Virus record (IMG/VR): IMGVR_UViG_3300006046_000016
Coordinates: 1 to 30,033 of that record
DNA from: a virus
Taxonomy: Duplodnaviria > Caudoviricetes
Reading direction: 5' to 3' (one strand)
DNA: 30,033 bases
Below the pieces are notes generated by a model. The model was not told the origin of the DNA and did no database searches. It saw nothing but the letters and a program-made list of their open reading frames with translations. A program made the position numbers and the translations under genes. Shown here in pieces: positions 9,038 to 17,112 of this stretch. How positions within the stretch are numbered: position 1 is the first letter of the stretch; each line of letters starts with the position of its first letter.

Positions 9038-9961
9038 TTAAATGTGTGTCCAAGTTTCTTTACGAATTATAGAACTTATATTTGTTTGGCTAGTATTATA
9101 TATTTTAGATAATTTCCTTTGAGATAAATTACTTGATCTGATTTCTAAAACTTGTTTTTCTGTAAGTATAGTGCCATGATGTTTTTCGCCTCTACTAGGT
9201 CTTTTTATATAATGCATACAAATAGTATCTAGCCAATTATTATCATAAGCTTTACCATATGCAGTACTCGATTTCTTTTTAAATTCCGTCATATCAGTAT
9301 ACTTTAAAGCTTCTTCTTTAACCAATTCATAAGTCCAATATCCGCGATATTTTCTATCTTGAATCATATGTAAACATATTTCATCTATATTTTTATCTCT
9401 ACACGCCGCAGAATATGCTGATAAACTATTTTCTTTGAAATTCTTTCTATTTGAATATTTTAATGCTTCTTCCTTGTATTTTTCTAATGTCCATATTAAA
9501 TTACCTCCCCCTAATGCACCACCTTTTATTTTATTTAAAATATTAACACCATTATTTTTATATTCATCTATTAATCGAATTTCTAATGCAGAAGCATCTT
9601 CTTTGCTTAATAAATCACTCAATAATTCAAATATAGGTTCTGTATTAGTTTGAATCATATATTTATAAACCGTGCTTTTATTCTTACTTAAATGTTCACT
9701 TTTTCTTTGCTCAAAATTATAAGTAAGTCCTATATAAACTGAATTATTTGGAAACATTGCTTTATACACATATCTCTTCATAAGATTTCCTTGTGGAATC
9801 ATATGAGTACAAATTTCATTTAACCATTTATATTCACGAGCAGCATGATAAGCTTTATTATTATTTTTATAAAATTCAGTTCTTGAAATGTATTTTAAAG
9901 CTTCTTTGCGACATATATCAAATGTCCAATATCCATTAGGTTTTTTTTTCTTAATTTCCAT
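9038..9961 (-). CDS. Free-standing GIY-YIG homing endonuclease with three repeats and a C-terminal HTH
   Basis: YVYKAMFPNNSVYIGLT...R..EH core; three WT.....EALKY...F.....AY.......IC.H repeats; GEKH...LTEKQVLEIR...SQRKLSKIY HTH. Confidence 0.8.
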   Translation of the reverse strand: MEIKKKKPNGYWTFDICRKEALKYISRTEFYKNNNKAYHAAREYKWLNEICTHMIPQGNLMKRYVYKAMFPNNSVYIGLTYNFEQRKSEHLSKNKSTVYKYMIQTNTEPIFELLSDLLSKEDASALEIRLIDEYKNNGVNILNKIKGGALGGGNLIWTLEKYKEEALKYSNRKNFKENSLSAYSAACRDKNIDEICLHMIQDRKYRGYWTYELVKEEALKYTDMTEFKKKSSTAYGKAYDNNWLDTICMHYIKRPSRGEKHHGTILTEKQVLEIRSSNLSQRKLSKIYNTSQTNISSIIRKETWTHI

Positions 9962-9965
9962 GCGG

Positions 9966-9973
9966 CAAATATA
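9966..9973 (-). promoter_or_regulatory. -7 promoter element 4 nt before the endonuclease ATG (likely leaderless mRNA)
   Basis: Minus strand TATATTTG-CCGC-ATG. Confidence 0.55.
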
Positions 9974-10007
9974 CTATTTAACTACATTAAAATGAGAACT
10001 TTAACAT

Positions 10008-11249
10008 TTAAACTATATTTATAATTCTATGGTTAATCATATGAGTACAAGCGTAACTAATACTGTCAATTTGATGATTATGAGCATCGATGGGCGTTTC
10101 TAATTGCTTACCCCACTTGTCTTGCGCATAAGAATAATTTCTTCCTTCGAATTCAATATTCTTAGAACTCGCAGTATAGAATATATTTAAACTAGACATT
10201 ATGGCTATTCGGTCTAACAATTTGCTTTTGGCTCCTATAGCATATGCTCCCTCCCAACCTGCTTTTCGAAGAGTAAGTATTTTATTTGGGTAATTTGAAT
10301 CACAAATTATAATTGAATTCTTAGGGATTCCCCATTTAGTAAATAGATGTGTTATAAGACCGTCATTCTCTTTAGCATTAATCTGCATTTGTTCTGTTGA
10401 ACTTAGTTTGCTTCTTATTTCATTTTCACTAGCGTAATTGATCTCTCTTACGTAGATATTACCATCAAAATAACGAACTTCAGTAACTGCCATTGGGTCA
10501 ACCATACCCCAATCTACTGAATATATTGGAGTTGTATTAATTTTATTATAATCTTCATCATTAATCTTTTTCCAATGATAGATTCTGCCCTCGACAGACC
10601 CGACTTCTCCAAGGCCATACACACGCCATTTATTAGCCCAAAATTCATTTTTTACTGTTCCATCCTCATTATAACCTAAAGTCTTATATCTTTCAATATT
10701 GGCAACTTCTTGTTTTGGCAGATATTCATTGTCGAGATAAGTTAAATTTATGAAATTGGTTTCAGTTTGAAGATCATTGAGCCAAAAAAGCGCATCTGGA
10801 TTATAATCGCAGATCATCAGTTTTGCTCTTTGTGCAATATCGGCAAATGAATTTAAAGTGATCTTATTGGCTTCATTTATATAAATAATGTCCCTGCGCC
10901 TGCCTTTTCCTACATCGGCTTTATCCAGTCCTATAAATTCAATATAGCTTCCGGAAGCAAAATTGATTACGCCCTCTCGTTCGTGAATGGATTTCATTGG
11001 AACATTCCAATCTTTAAGTATTTTCACGAAATCCCGAAAAGCAGTATCCATCAATTTGGATTTCTCGGCCGAGCAAATGGTAATGTCTTTTTTTGAACGA
11101 TTGCACGCATCTATAATAATCATTAAAATAGAGATTGTTTTCGATGCACCTTGCCCTCCTTGGACAATAAATAAAGATTCTTTTCTTTCAAAAAGTTTGT
11201 TTATCTTCCAAAATGCTTTCGTTGGGCGATATGTGAAATCTTGGTTCAT
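10008..11249 (-). CDS. terL: Terminase large subunit (PBSX/SPP1-like)
   Basis: QGGQGASKT Walker A, IYINEAN Walker B, DYNP, TYLDN..LP, VDWG..DP nuclease, NHQIDSISY. Confidence 0.92.
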   Translation of the reverse strand: MNQDFTYRPTKAFWKINKLFERKESLFIVQGGQGASKTISILMIIIDACNRSKKDITICSAEKSKLMDTAFRDFVKILKDWNVPMKSIHEREGVINFASGSYIEFIGLDKADVGKGRRRDIIYINEANKITLNSFADIAQRAKLMICDYNPDALFWLNDLQTETNFINLTYLDNEYLPKQEVANIERYKTLGYNEDGTVKNEFWANKWRVYGLGEVGSVEGRIYHWKKINDEDYNKINTTPIYSVDWGMVDPMAVTEVRYFDGNIYVREINYASENEIRSKLSSTEQMQINAKENDGLITHLFTKWGIPKNSIIICDSNYPNKILTLRKAGWEGAYAIGAKSKLLDRIAIMSSLNIFYTASSKNIEFEGRNYSYAQDKWGKQLETPIDAHNHQIDSISYACTHMINHRIINIV

Positions 11250-11665
11250 TCATCGACCAATGGATTAAATCCAAATATAGGAGTCGGGGCAATAATATTC
11301 ATGTCTGATTTAATTGGAGCCTTAAAACCTTCGATTTCACAGAATAACTTGCATGCGTTTATTTTATCAGAATCTTTTTCTGCATCAGTAATTATTTCTT
11401 GCAATTTCCATAATATATCTGATTTTGAAAATAAAGCCAAATCCAGCAATTCTTTTGACTTAGCCCTACTTTCCTCTTCGATTTGTTTTTGAATCGCTAT
11501 TTGCTTCTCCAAATGTCTTGAATTGGCTTCTTTCCAATATCTACCAAATGTTCTTTCTGAAACTTGCCATTTACTGCCATTTACTGCCAAACATTCAGCC
11601 CGTGTAGTGCATTTTTCTAACTCAATGAGAATATCCGTAATAATATTTTCCTTATTCGGTTTCAT
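11246..11665 (-). CDS. terS: Terminase small subunit
   Basis: 139 aa helical protein overlapping the terL start (ATGA); N-terminal HTH-like segment, DKINACKL motif. Confidence 0.7.
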   Translation of the reverse strand: MKPNKENIITDILIELEKCTTRAECLAVNGSKWQVSERTFGRYWKEANSRHLEKQIAIQKQIEEESRAKSKELLDLALFSKSDILWKLQEIITDAEKDSDKINACKLFCEIEGFKAPIKSDMNIIAPTPIFGFNPLVDE

Positions 11666-11692
11666 TTTTTTAATTATAATAACTAAATTAAC

Positions 11693-11726
11693 AAAAAAAA
11701 TGCAGACTTTTTAGATCTGCATTTTT
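11693..11726 (-). terminator. Hairpin/terminator copy 1 upstream of terS
   Basis: AAAAATGCAGA-ctttttaga-TCTGCATTTTT; T8 run on the minus strand. Confidence 0.65.
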
Positions 11727-11779
11727 AAAAGGGAATAATCTTGGTCGGACTTCTGTTATGAAATATTATAAATGAAAGT

Positions 11780-11809
11780 AAAAAATGCAGACTTTTAGGT
11801 CTGCATTTT
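11780..11809 (-). terminator. Hairpin/terminator copy 2 upstream of terS
   Basis: AAAATGCAGAC-ttttag-GTCTGCATTTT; near-identical to copy 1. Confidence 0.65.
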
Positions 11810-11882
11810 GAAAAAAGGATTCTTTTTGCGGAGCCGAACCGAGAAATTAAATTTAGAAGCGCTAATTTAATAAGAATAATCG

Positions 11883-11977
11883 GTTTTTAAATGTTAAAGT
11901 TTTTAAAAAGATTAGTTTTGATATTGTATATACGAAATCATGTTGTATATTTGCATCAGCAATAAAGCAAAACAAAT
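11883..11977 (+). repeat. 95-bp direct repeat copy 1 containing a consensus Bacteroidota promoter
   Basis: Identical to 12590-12684; TTG-19 nt-TATATTTG (11946-11953). Confidence 0.9.
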
Positions 11978-11988
11978 ACTTATAAATT

Positions 11989-12513
11989 ATGACAACACTT
12001 ATTTTTAGAACAAAAAAAGATTTAAAATCAAGATTTGGAAATTCAATGATTACAGAATTTGCAAAAGAAGGTAGCATATCAGATGCGTTAAGTTATTTTG
12101 ACGGAAGTCATGATTTTGGTAGTTTTTTTCATAATGACGAAAAAGGTTATTATTACGTAACGGATGATAACGGAAGAGAATTAATTACAGATGACGAAAT
12201 TGAGAATAACGAAGAAGTTAATTGTTCGGTAGATATTTATTCTTTTTGGACTACAAAAATTGATAATTTGAATAGTGAAGAACTTTTGTCGGTTTTAAAA
12301 GATGGTAGTTATCTGGCTCAAGAAGTTTTAGAAGCGAATGAATACAGCTATGATGATTATCAAGTTGCGAAATATTTCGATGATGTTGATGAGTTTATAG
12401 GAGAGCATCCTTATGAAAACTATATAAAAGATTACTATGAAGTTTCGGAAAAAGAGTTTGATAATGGGTGTGAAGAATTTGAACTTAATGGTAAATTTTA
12501 TCAAAAATCATAA
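11989..12513 (+). CDS. Highly acidic early protein
   Basis: 174 aa; by hand count about 41 D/E versus about 15 K/R; first gene after the promoter. Confidence 0.75.
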   Translation: MTTLIFRTKKDLKSRFGNSMITEFAKEGSISDALSYFDGSHDFGSFFHNDEKGYYYVTDDNGRELITDDEIENNEEVNCSVDIYSFWTTKIDNLNSEELLSVLKDGSYLAQEVLEANEYSYDDYQVAKYFDDVDEFIGEHPYENYIKDYYEVSEKEFDNGCEEFELNGKFYQKS

Positions 12514-12589
12514 CAAAAAACTATAAAACAAAGCTGATGACTAAAACCAATAATCTTCGTAAGAAAATTCAATATTATGAAGATAATTT

Positions 12590-12684
12590 GTTTTTAAATG
12601 TTAAAGTTTTTAAAAAGATTAGTTTTGATATTGTATATACGAAATCATGTTGTATATTTGCATCAGCAATAAAGCAAAACAAAT
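12590..12684 (+). repeat. 95-bp direct repeat copy 2 containing the same promoter
   Basis: Identical to 11883-11977; TATATTTG at 12653-12660. Confidence 0.9.
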
Positions 12685-12699
12685 TAAAACTTAAAAAAC

Positions 12700-13113
12700 A
12701 TGAAAAATTATTTAGCAAAACAAAAATCAGGTTACCAATTAGAATTTTCTTGTCAAGCAGAATCATTGGAATTGGCAAAAAAATACTTTTCTGAAAAATC
12801 TTCGATTGAATGTGATGTTTGGGAAGATTCAGACCAAACAGTTTGGCAAAGCACAAATGGTTATGAAGGTGAATATGTAGAAAAAGATCACATTAAAAAA
12901 GCTATTGTAGTATGTTTTACAAATTATTATTCAAGAACACAATATCAATTAGTAATAGGTACAAAAAATGCAAGAAGAGCTATTAAATTGGTTAAAGATG
13001 ACAACATAGGAAGAAAATGTGATATAATAAAAACGATTCTCATAGAAAATAAAGATTTTAATGCTTTAGGATTGCCTTTTGATATTTCTTTTGAATCGGC
13101 AATTATTATTTAA
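12700..13113 (+). CDS. Early hypothetical protein
   Basis: 137-aa ORF with an A-rich leader after promoter copy 2. Confidence 0.75.
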   Translation: MKNYLAKQKSGYQLEFSCQAESLELAKKYFSEKSSIECDVWEDSDQTVWQSTNGYEGEYVEKDHIKKAIVVCFTNYYSRTQYQLVIGTKNARRAIKLVKDDNIGRKCDIIKTILIENKDFNALGLPFDISFESAIII

Positions 13114-13256
13114 TGAAAACCAATAATCACGGAGGAAAACGCCTTAATTCAGGACGGCCAAGTTTAGGGAAAAAGAAATACTTAATAACTTCATTACCTG
13201 AACATATAGATAAAATAAGAAATTTTATTAAACAAATTCATGAAAAAAAGAAATGA
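13113..13256 (+). CDS. 47-aa basic DNA-binding protein with an AT-hook-like motif
   Basis: MKTNNHGGKRLNSGRPSLGKKKYLITSLPEHIDKIRNFIKQIHEKKK; TAATG coupling to the upstream gene. Confidence 0.65.
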   Translation: MKTNNHGGKRLNSGRPSLGKKKYLITSLPEHIDKIRNFIKQIHEKKK

Positions 13257-13590
13257 TTTATTTCAAGAGTTAAAAGATTCTACATTAGAAAGGATATTTA
13301 AGTTCTGTTTCAAGAATTATTATAATGAAAATATTATCAAATCTGATATACAGATTTTTCATAATGGTTACTGCTTAGGAATGGCTTCATTTGAAGTATC
13401 AGCTGATGTTTTAGAAGAAGGTAGCGAGGCAACCAATGAATATCCTCCAACTCCCGACATAGTAGAATTTCGATTGAATAATATAGAGGTCAGATTTATT
13501 TTTTCAACCAGAGGTACCGAGGCAACCAATGTAAAAAATGCCCTTAATAAGCTTTTGAAAGAATTTGAAAACGAAATCTTAAAATTATGA
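13240..13590 (+). CDS. Hypothetical protein
   Basis: 116-aa ORF in the early operon. Confidence 0.65.
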   Translation: MKKRNDLFQELKDSTLERIFKFCFKNYYNENIIKSDIQIFHNGYCLGMASFEVSADVLEEGSEATNEYPPTPDIVEFRLNNIEVRFIFSTRGTEATNVKNALNKLLKEFENEILKL

Positions 13591-13742
13591 TTATAGAGAT
13601 AAAAAAAGAGAATGGCAAATGGGTGGTGAATTCTAAATCAATAGATCAATTAACGTCCACGGAAAAACTATTGTTAAATGAATTTTTCCATGAGGCAAAA
13701 TTAGCGCAAGAACAATCAAATAAAGAAGAAAATGAAAAATGA
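13587..13742 (+). CDS. 51-aa hypothetical protein
   Basis: MIIEIKKENGKWVVNSKSIDQLTSTEKLLLNEFF...; ATGA overlap; fills the gap before bet. Confidence 0.6.
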   Translation: MIIEIKKENGKWVVNSKSIDQLTSTEKLLLNEFFHEAKLAQEQSNKEENEK

Positions 13743-14478
13743 AATTGTTGCAAACGAGCAGATAAACGACAAAATATTAGTCGAATATCTTGATGTGATG
13801 GGAATCACACCTAAACTCGAAGAAAAAGAAAAATCACAATTTTTGAATATTGCCAAGATATGCAAGCTAAATCCTTTTAAGAGAGAAATATATTGCACAG
13901 TATATGGAGAAGGGCAATATAAGCAATTTTCTATACTTACTGGCTATGAGGTTTATATCAAAAGAGCGGAACGTAGTGGCCAACTTGATGGCTGGAGCGC
14001 GACAACATCTGGAAGCGTAGCCTCAGGAGACTTGAAAGCCATTGTCACTATTTATCGTAAGGATAGGCAACATCCATTTATTTGGGAAGTCCTTTATGAT
14101 GAATGCGTACAAAAAACAAAACAAGGAGTAGTAACCAAATTTTGGGAAAAAGCTAATTTTATGACCAAAAAAGTAGCTATATCCCAAGGATTCAGATTAT
14201 GTTTCAGTGATGAATTGGGAAGTATGCCATACACTTCAGATGAAATGCCGAACCATTCTGAAGAAATCATCGATATTAAATATATCGAAGTGACAGAACC
14301 GAAAGAAGTGAAAATCGTTACGCTAAGCAAAAAACAATTCGAAATTCTCATGAACAGCGATTTAGACACTGTTGAAAGAAATCTTAATGCTATCGAGCAA
14401 GGCTTGCTTAAAGCTACTCAGGAACAACATGAGGGTATTTCGATTAGATATTCAGAACTTAAATCATTAAATAAATAA
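13732..14478 (+). CDS. bet: Single-strand annealing recombinase, Bet/RecT family
   Basis: FL.IAK...LNPFKREIY, GYEVYIKRAERSGQLDGW, W....FMTKKVAISQGFR..F...LG.MPY..DEM. Confidence 0.85.
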   Translation: MKNEIVANEQINDKILVEYLDVMGITPKLEEKEKSQFLNIAKICKLNPFKREIYCTVYGEGQYKQFSILTGYEVYIKRAERSGQLDGWSATTSGSVASGDLKAIVTIYRKDRQHPFIWEVLYDECVQKTKQGVVTKFWEKANFMTKKVAISQGFRLCFSDELGSMPYTSDEMPNHSEEIIDIKYIEVTEPKEVKIVTLSKKQFEILMNSDLDTVERNLNAIEQGLLKATQEQHEGISIRYSELKSLNK

Positions 14479-14484
14479 CTCATT

Positions 14485-14664
14485 ATGACAATAGAAGAAT
14501 TTAATGAAAAAAGATGGTCTGCAAACACATGGTGTTTATGGAACAATAAAAAATATGAAATCGTATCGGTTGATTTTGAACAAGGATTGATTGGTATATT
14601 GGAAGAAAATATAGAATCAATTTCTTGGAAAAGATGCGAAAATATTGAGTTAATAAATAATTGA
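14485..14664 (+). CDS. 59-aa hypothetical protein
   Basis: MTIEEFNEKRWSANTWCLWNNKKYEIVSVDFEQGLIG...WKRCENIELINN; fills the operon gap. Confidence 0.6.
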   Translation: MTIEEFNEKRWSANTWCLWNNKKYEIVSVDFEQGLIGILEENIESISWKRCENIELINN

Positions 14665-14666
14665 TT

Positions 14667-14846
14667 ATGATTATAATAATAAATATTTTATTAATAATAA
14701 TTATATTTTTACTTTGGAAAAACACAGTAATGATTTATAAAATAAGTTATTACGAACAAACGCTTAAAAACAATAAGCATTTATTTAGTGATGTAAGATT
14801 TAAGCAAATTGAAAAAATTATGAATACAAAAAATCCTTTTAAATAA
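14667..14846 (+). CDS. Small membrane-anchored hypothetical protein
   Basis: Hydrophobic N-terminus MIIIINILLIIIIFLLW. Confidence 0.5.
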   Translation: MIIIINILLIIIIFLLWKNTVMIYKISYYEQTLKNNKHLFSDVRFKQIEKIMNTKNPFK

Positions 14847-14852
14847 ATAATC

Positions 14853-15308
14853 ATGGGAAATTCAGCAAGGATGTTTTTACAAATGCGCGCAAATGAAATG
14901 GCTGATCTTTATCCGTCATCATTTTCAAAAAAGGACGCCAAAGAAACAGGTAGAAAATTAGTCGAAGATTTATTGGAATCTGGAGAGGTGGATAAAATGC
15001 GCTTCGGAGCCAATCTTATAAGGCTCAATGAAGTTATAAGCTCGGCAGTAGAGGCTTTCAGGGAATCAATAATAGATATAGATAAGCAAAGCTGCATGGG
15101 AATGGAATTTGTGCCTACAAATGGAAGATTAATGATTCAATATCAAGAAGATCATTTGTGGTCAGAACTAAATGAAAAAATAAAAGATAGAACAGAACTT
15201 TTAAAATTGGCTGAAAAATCCAAGGATGCAATTTATGATTCTGAAGGAATAGAAGTGCCTAAATGTTCAGTAAATTATTCAAAATCAAGTGTTATTATCA
15301 AGTTTTAA
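14853..15308 (+). CDS. Hypothetical protein of the recombination module
   Basis: 151 aa; C-terminal YDSEG.EVP motif. Confidence 0.7.
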   Translation: MGNSARMFLQMRANEMADLYPSSFSKKDAKETGRKLVEDLLESGEVDKMRFGANLIRLNEVISSAVEAFRESIIDIDKQSCMGMEFVPTNGRLMIQYQEDHLWSELNEKIKDRTELLKLAEKSKDAIYDSEGIEVPKCSVNYSKSSVIIKF

Positions 15309-15311
15309 TTG

Positions 15312-15409
15312 TAAATTTGCAATTGTAGAGTCGTCGCTACAATGTAAAATTTTATATGAATTCCCGCAAATGATAAGAACGACGACTCTTTGATTTTGCG
15401 GGTTTTTTT
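15312..15409 (+). ncRNA. Promoter plus two-hairpin kissing-loop leader RNA, copy 1
   Basis: TAAATTTG; P1 ATTGTAG/CTACAAT; P2 CCCGCAAA/TTTGCGGG plus T7; AGAGTCGTCG (15327-15336) is complementary to CGACGACTCT (15380-15389). Confidence 0.6.
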
Positions 15410-15413
15410 ATTT

Positions 15414-15857
15414 ATGATAGGTATTTATAAAATAATAAGTCCAACAAATAGAATTTATATTGGACAAAGTGTTAACATTAAAGAAAGATTTGGAAATTAT
15501 AAAAGATTAGATTGTAAATACCAACCTAAATTAAGACATTCTTTTTTAAAATATGGAGTTGAAAATCATTTATTTGAAGTAATGTGTGAATGTGATGTTT
15601 CAGAATTAAATGAAAAAGAAAGATTTTATCAAGATTTATATTCAGTTTTAGAATCTGGACTTAATTGTATATTAACAAAAACCAATGATAGAAGTGGTTA
15701 TTCTTGTGAAGAGACAAAACAAAAAATTGGAAGAGCTCATTTAGGTAAAAAACATAGTGAAGAAAGCATTGCTAAAATGAAAAAAGTTCAATCAAATAGA
15801 TCTCAAGAATGGCTTGAAAATAATAAAAAAGGAAATAAAAACAACAAATTTAAATAA
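15414..15857 (+). CDS. GIY-YIG homing endonuclease with NUMOD3-like motifs
   Basis: MIGIYKIISPTNRIYIGQS...R; EETKQKIG and GKKHSEESIAKM; ATG 15414 preferred over TTG 15390. Confidence 0.85.
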   Translation: MIGIYKIISPTNRIYIGQSVNIKERFGNYKRLDCKYQPKLRHSFLKYGVENHLFEVMCECDVSELNEKERFYQDLYSVLESGLNCILTKTNDRSGYSCEETKQKIGRAHLGKKHSEESIAKMKKVQSNRSQEWLENNKKGNKNNKFK

Positions 15858-15874
15858 CAATTAAAAAAAAACAA

Positions 15875-16102
15875 ATGCTCGAATTTTTAGAAATTAATGT
15901 TGAAGAATTAATAAAAAAAACATCAAAAGCAACTAGATTATTATTAGCAGAAACGCTAGTAGTAGAAGAAAAAATGGAGATAGATAAAAAAAAACTTATC
16001 GATTATATTAAAGGAAATTTTACCGAATCAGAATTATTATTTATTTCTTATCAATGGATTGCCGAAAAAACAGTAGAGATATTAAAAAATAAAACATTTT
16101 AA
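15875..16102 (+). CDS. Hypothetical protein
   Basis: 75-aa ORF with an A-rich leader. Confidence 0.6.
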   Translation: MLEFLEINVEELIKKTSKATRLLLAETLVVEEKMEIDKKKLIDYIKGNFTESELLFISYQWIAEKTVEILKNKTF

Positions 16103-16120
16103 CAATAATTAAAAGCAAAA

Positions 16121-16351
16121 ATGGAAGAAAACAATCAAGAATTCACAGTATTCAATTTAAAAGGGAAATTGATAGGGATTATCACGGAAGATAGCACCGT
16201 TAGAGAAGTTAATTTATTATTCAATAATGAAGACTCCAGAGATTTCATTTTTGTAGATGGAAACAATGAAATTATCAAATATAGGTATATATTAGGATGT
16301 GAAGATATATTTCCAATCACCGTTTTTAAACCAATCAGAACTAAATTATAA
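16121..16351 (+). CDS. Hypothetical protein
   Basis: 76-aa ORF with an A-rich leader. Confidence 0.6.
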   Translation: MEENNQEFTVFNLKGKLIGIITEDSTVREVNLLFNNEDSRDFIFVDGNNEIIKYRYILGCEDIFPITVFKPIRTKL

Positions 16352-16360
16352 TTGAAAAAA

Positions 16361-16744
16361 ATGGAGATAATAGGAAAAATTAAAATGATCGGAGAAGTTC
16401 AACATGTTGGCGATTCATTCAGAAAAAGAGATTTGGTCGTAACCACCGAAGAACAATATCCTCAGCATATCTTGATTGAATTCAATCAGGATAAATCAGA
16501 TTTGCTAAATGGTCTAAATATAGGGCAGGACGTAAAAGTACATTACAATTTGAGAGGTAGAGAATGGGTGAATCCGCAAGGCGAAACAAAATATTTCAAT
16601 TCTATTCAAGGATGGAAATTGGAGATCCAGAATTTCGCTCCGGTAACTTCACCCAATTCTAATAACGCGCAAACCGAGACTAATCCACAAAGTTCTGATT
16701 CTATTGCTGCGAATGAAGAAGATAATGGAGATTTACCTTTTTAA
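16361..16744 (+). CDS. DUF3127-family single-stranded DNA-binding protein
   Basis: MEIIGKIK, FRKRDLVV, YPQHILIEF.QDK, NLRGREW, YFNSIQGWK; acidic DLPF tail. Confidence 0.85.
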   Translation: MEIIGKIKMIGEVQHVGDSFRKRDLVVTTEEQYPQHILIEFNQDKSDLLNGLNIGQDVKVHYNLRGREWVNPQGETKYFNSIQGWKLEIQNFAPVTSPNSNNAQTETNPQSSDSIAANEEDNGDLPF

Positions 16745-16756
16745 AAAAAAACAAAT

Positions 16757-17083
16757 ATGACAATTAATTCTATTCTCTCCGTTATTATATGTTTTATTAT
16801 TCCATTTCAAATTTTGAGTCTTTTAATTTCGGTAAGAAGCATAATGTTTTCTTATTTTAGAAGTGATATAGCTAATATGTGTTTTTTATATGATATTAAA
16901 AATAGTCATTCAATAATTATAAACGGAAAAGATTCAGCTTTTGATTTTATTTACCAAAAATTACCTTCTTCTCGAGAAATGATTTATTCATTCAAATCCT
17001 TAAAATTAGAAAATTGGATTGATGAGAAAGATATTTTGGAACTTAAAAACGGAATTAAAAATCCGCCTCAAAAAAACGTATAG
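16757..17083 (+). CDS. Membrane-anchored hypothetical protein
   Basis: 108 aa with a hydrophobic N-terminus. Confidence 0.55.
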   Translation: MTINSILSVIICFIIPFQILSLLISVRSIMFSYFRSDIANMCFLYDIKNSHSIIINGKDSAFDFIYQKLPSSREMIYSFKSLKLENWIDEKDILELKNGIKNPPQKNV

Positions 17084-17097
17084 TCCGAACACGACTA
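17082..17097 (+). other. Candidate attP core resembling a tRNA 3' end
   Basis: AGT-CCGAA-CACGACT-A fits T-loop end, 5-nt T-stem, 7-nt acceptor strand and discriminator; downstream of the integrase unit and followed by a hairpin. Confidence 0.35.
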
Positions 17098-17112
17098 CTC
17101 AAAAAATGTTAA

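Noticed and set aside
9038-10010. Group I intron in terL or around either GIY-YIG gene
   Set aside because: terL is continuous with all motifs and stops before the nuclease; no split gene or intron core is visible here or at 15414.
11828-11845. tRNA T-arm-like CGGTTCGGCTCCG on the minus strand
   Set aside because: Only a 3-bp stem and no cloverleaf; no complete tRNA gene was seen in the window.
11862-12856. ORFs 11862-12077(-), 12575-12856(-) and 12537-12794(+)
   Set aside because: They run through the non-coding 95-bp promoter repeat; their shared peptide is just the repeat translated.
15390-15413. TTG start for the GIY-YIG ORF
   Set aside because: It lies within the P2 hairpin/U-tract; ATG 15414 gives the typical MIGIYKI start.
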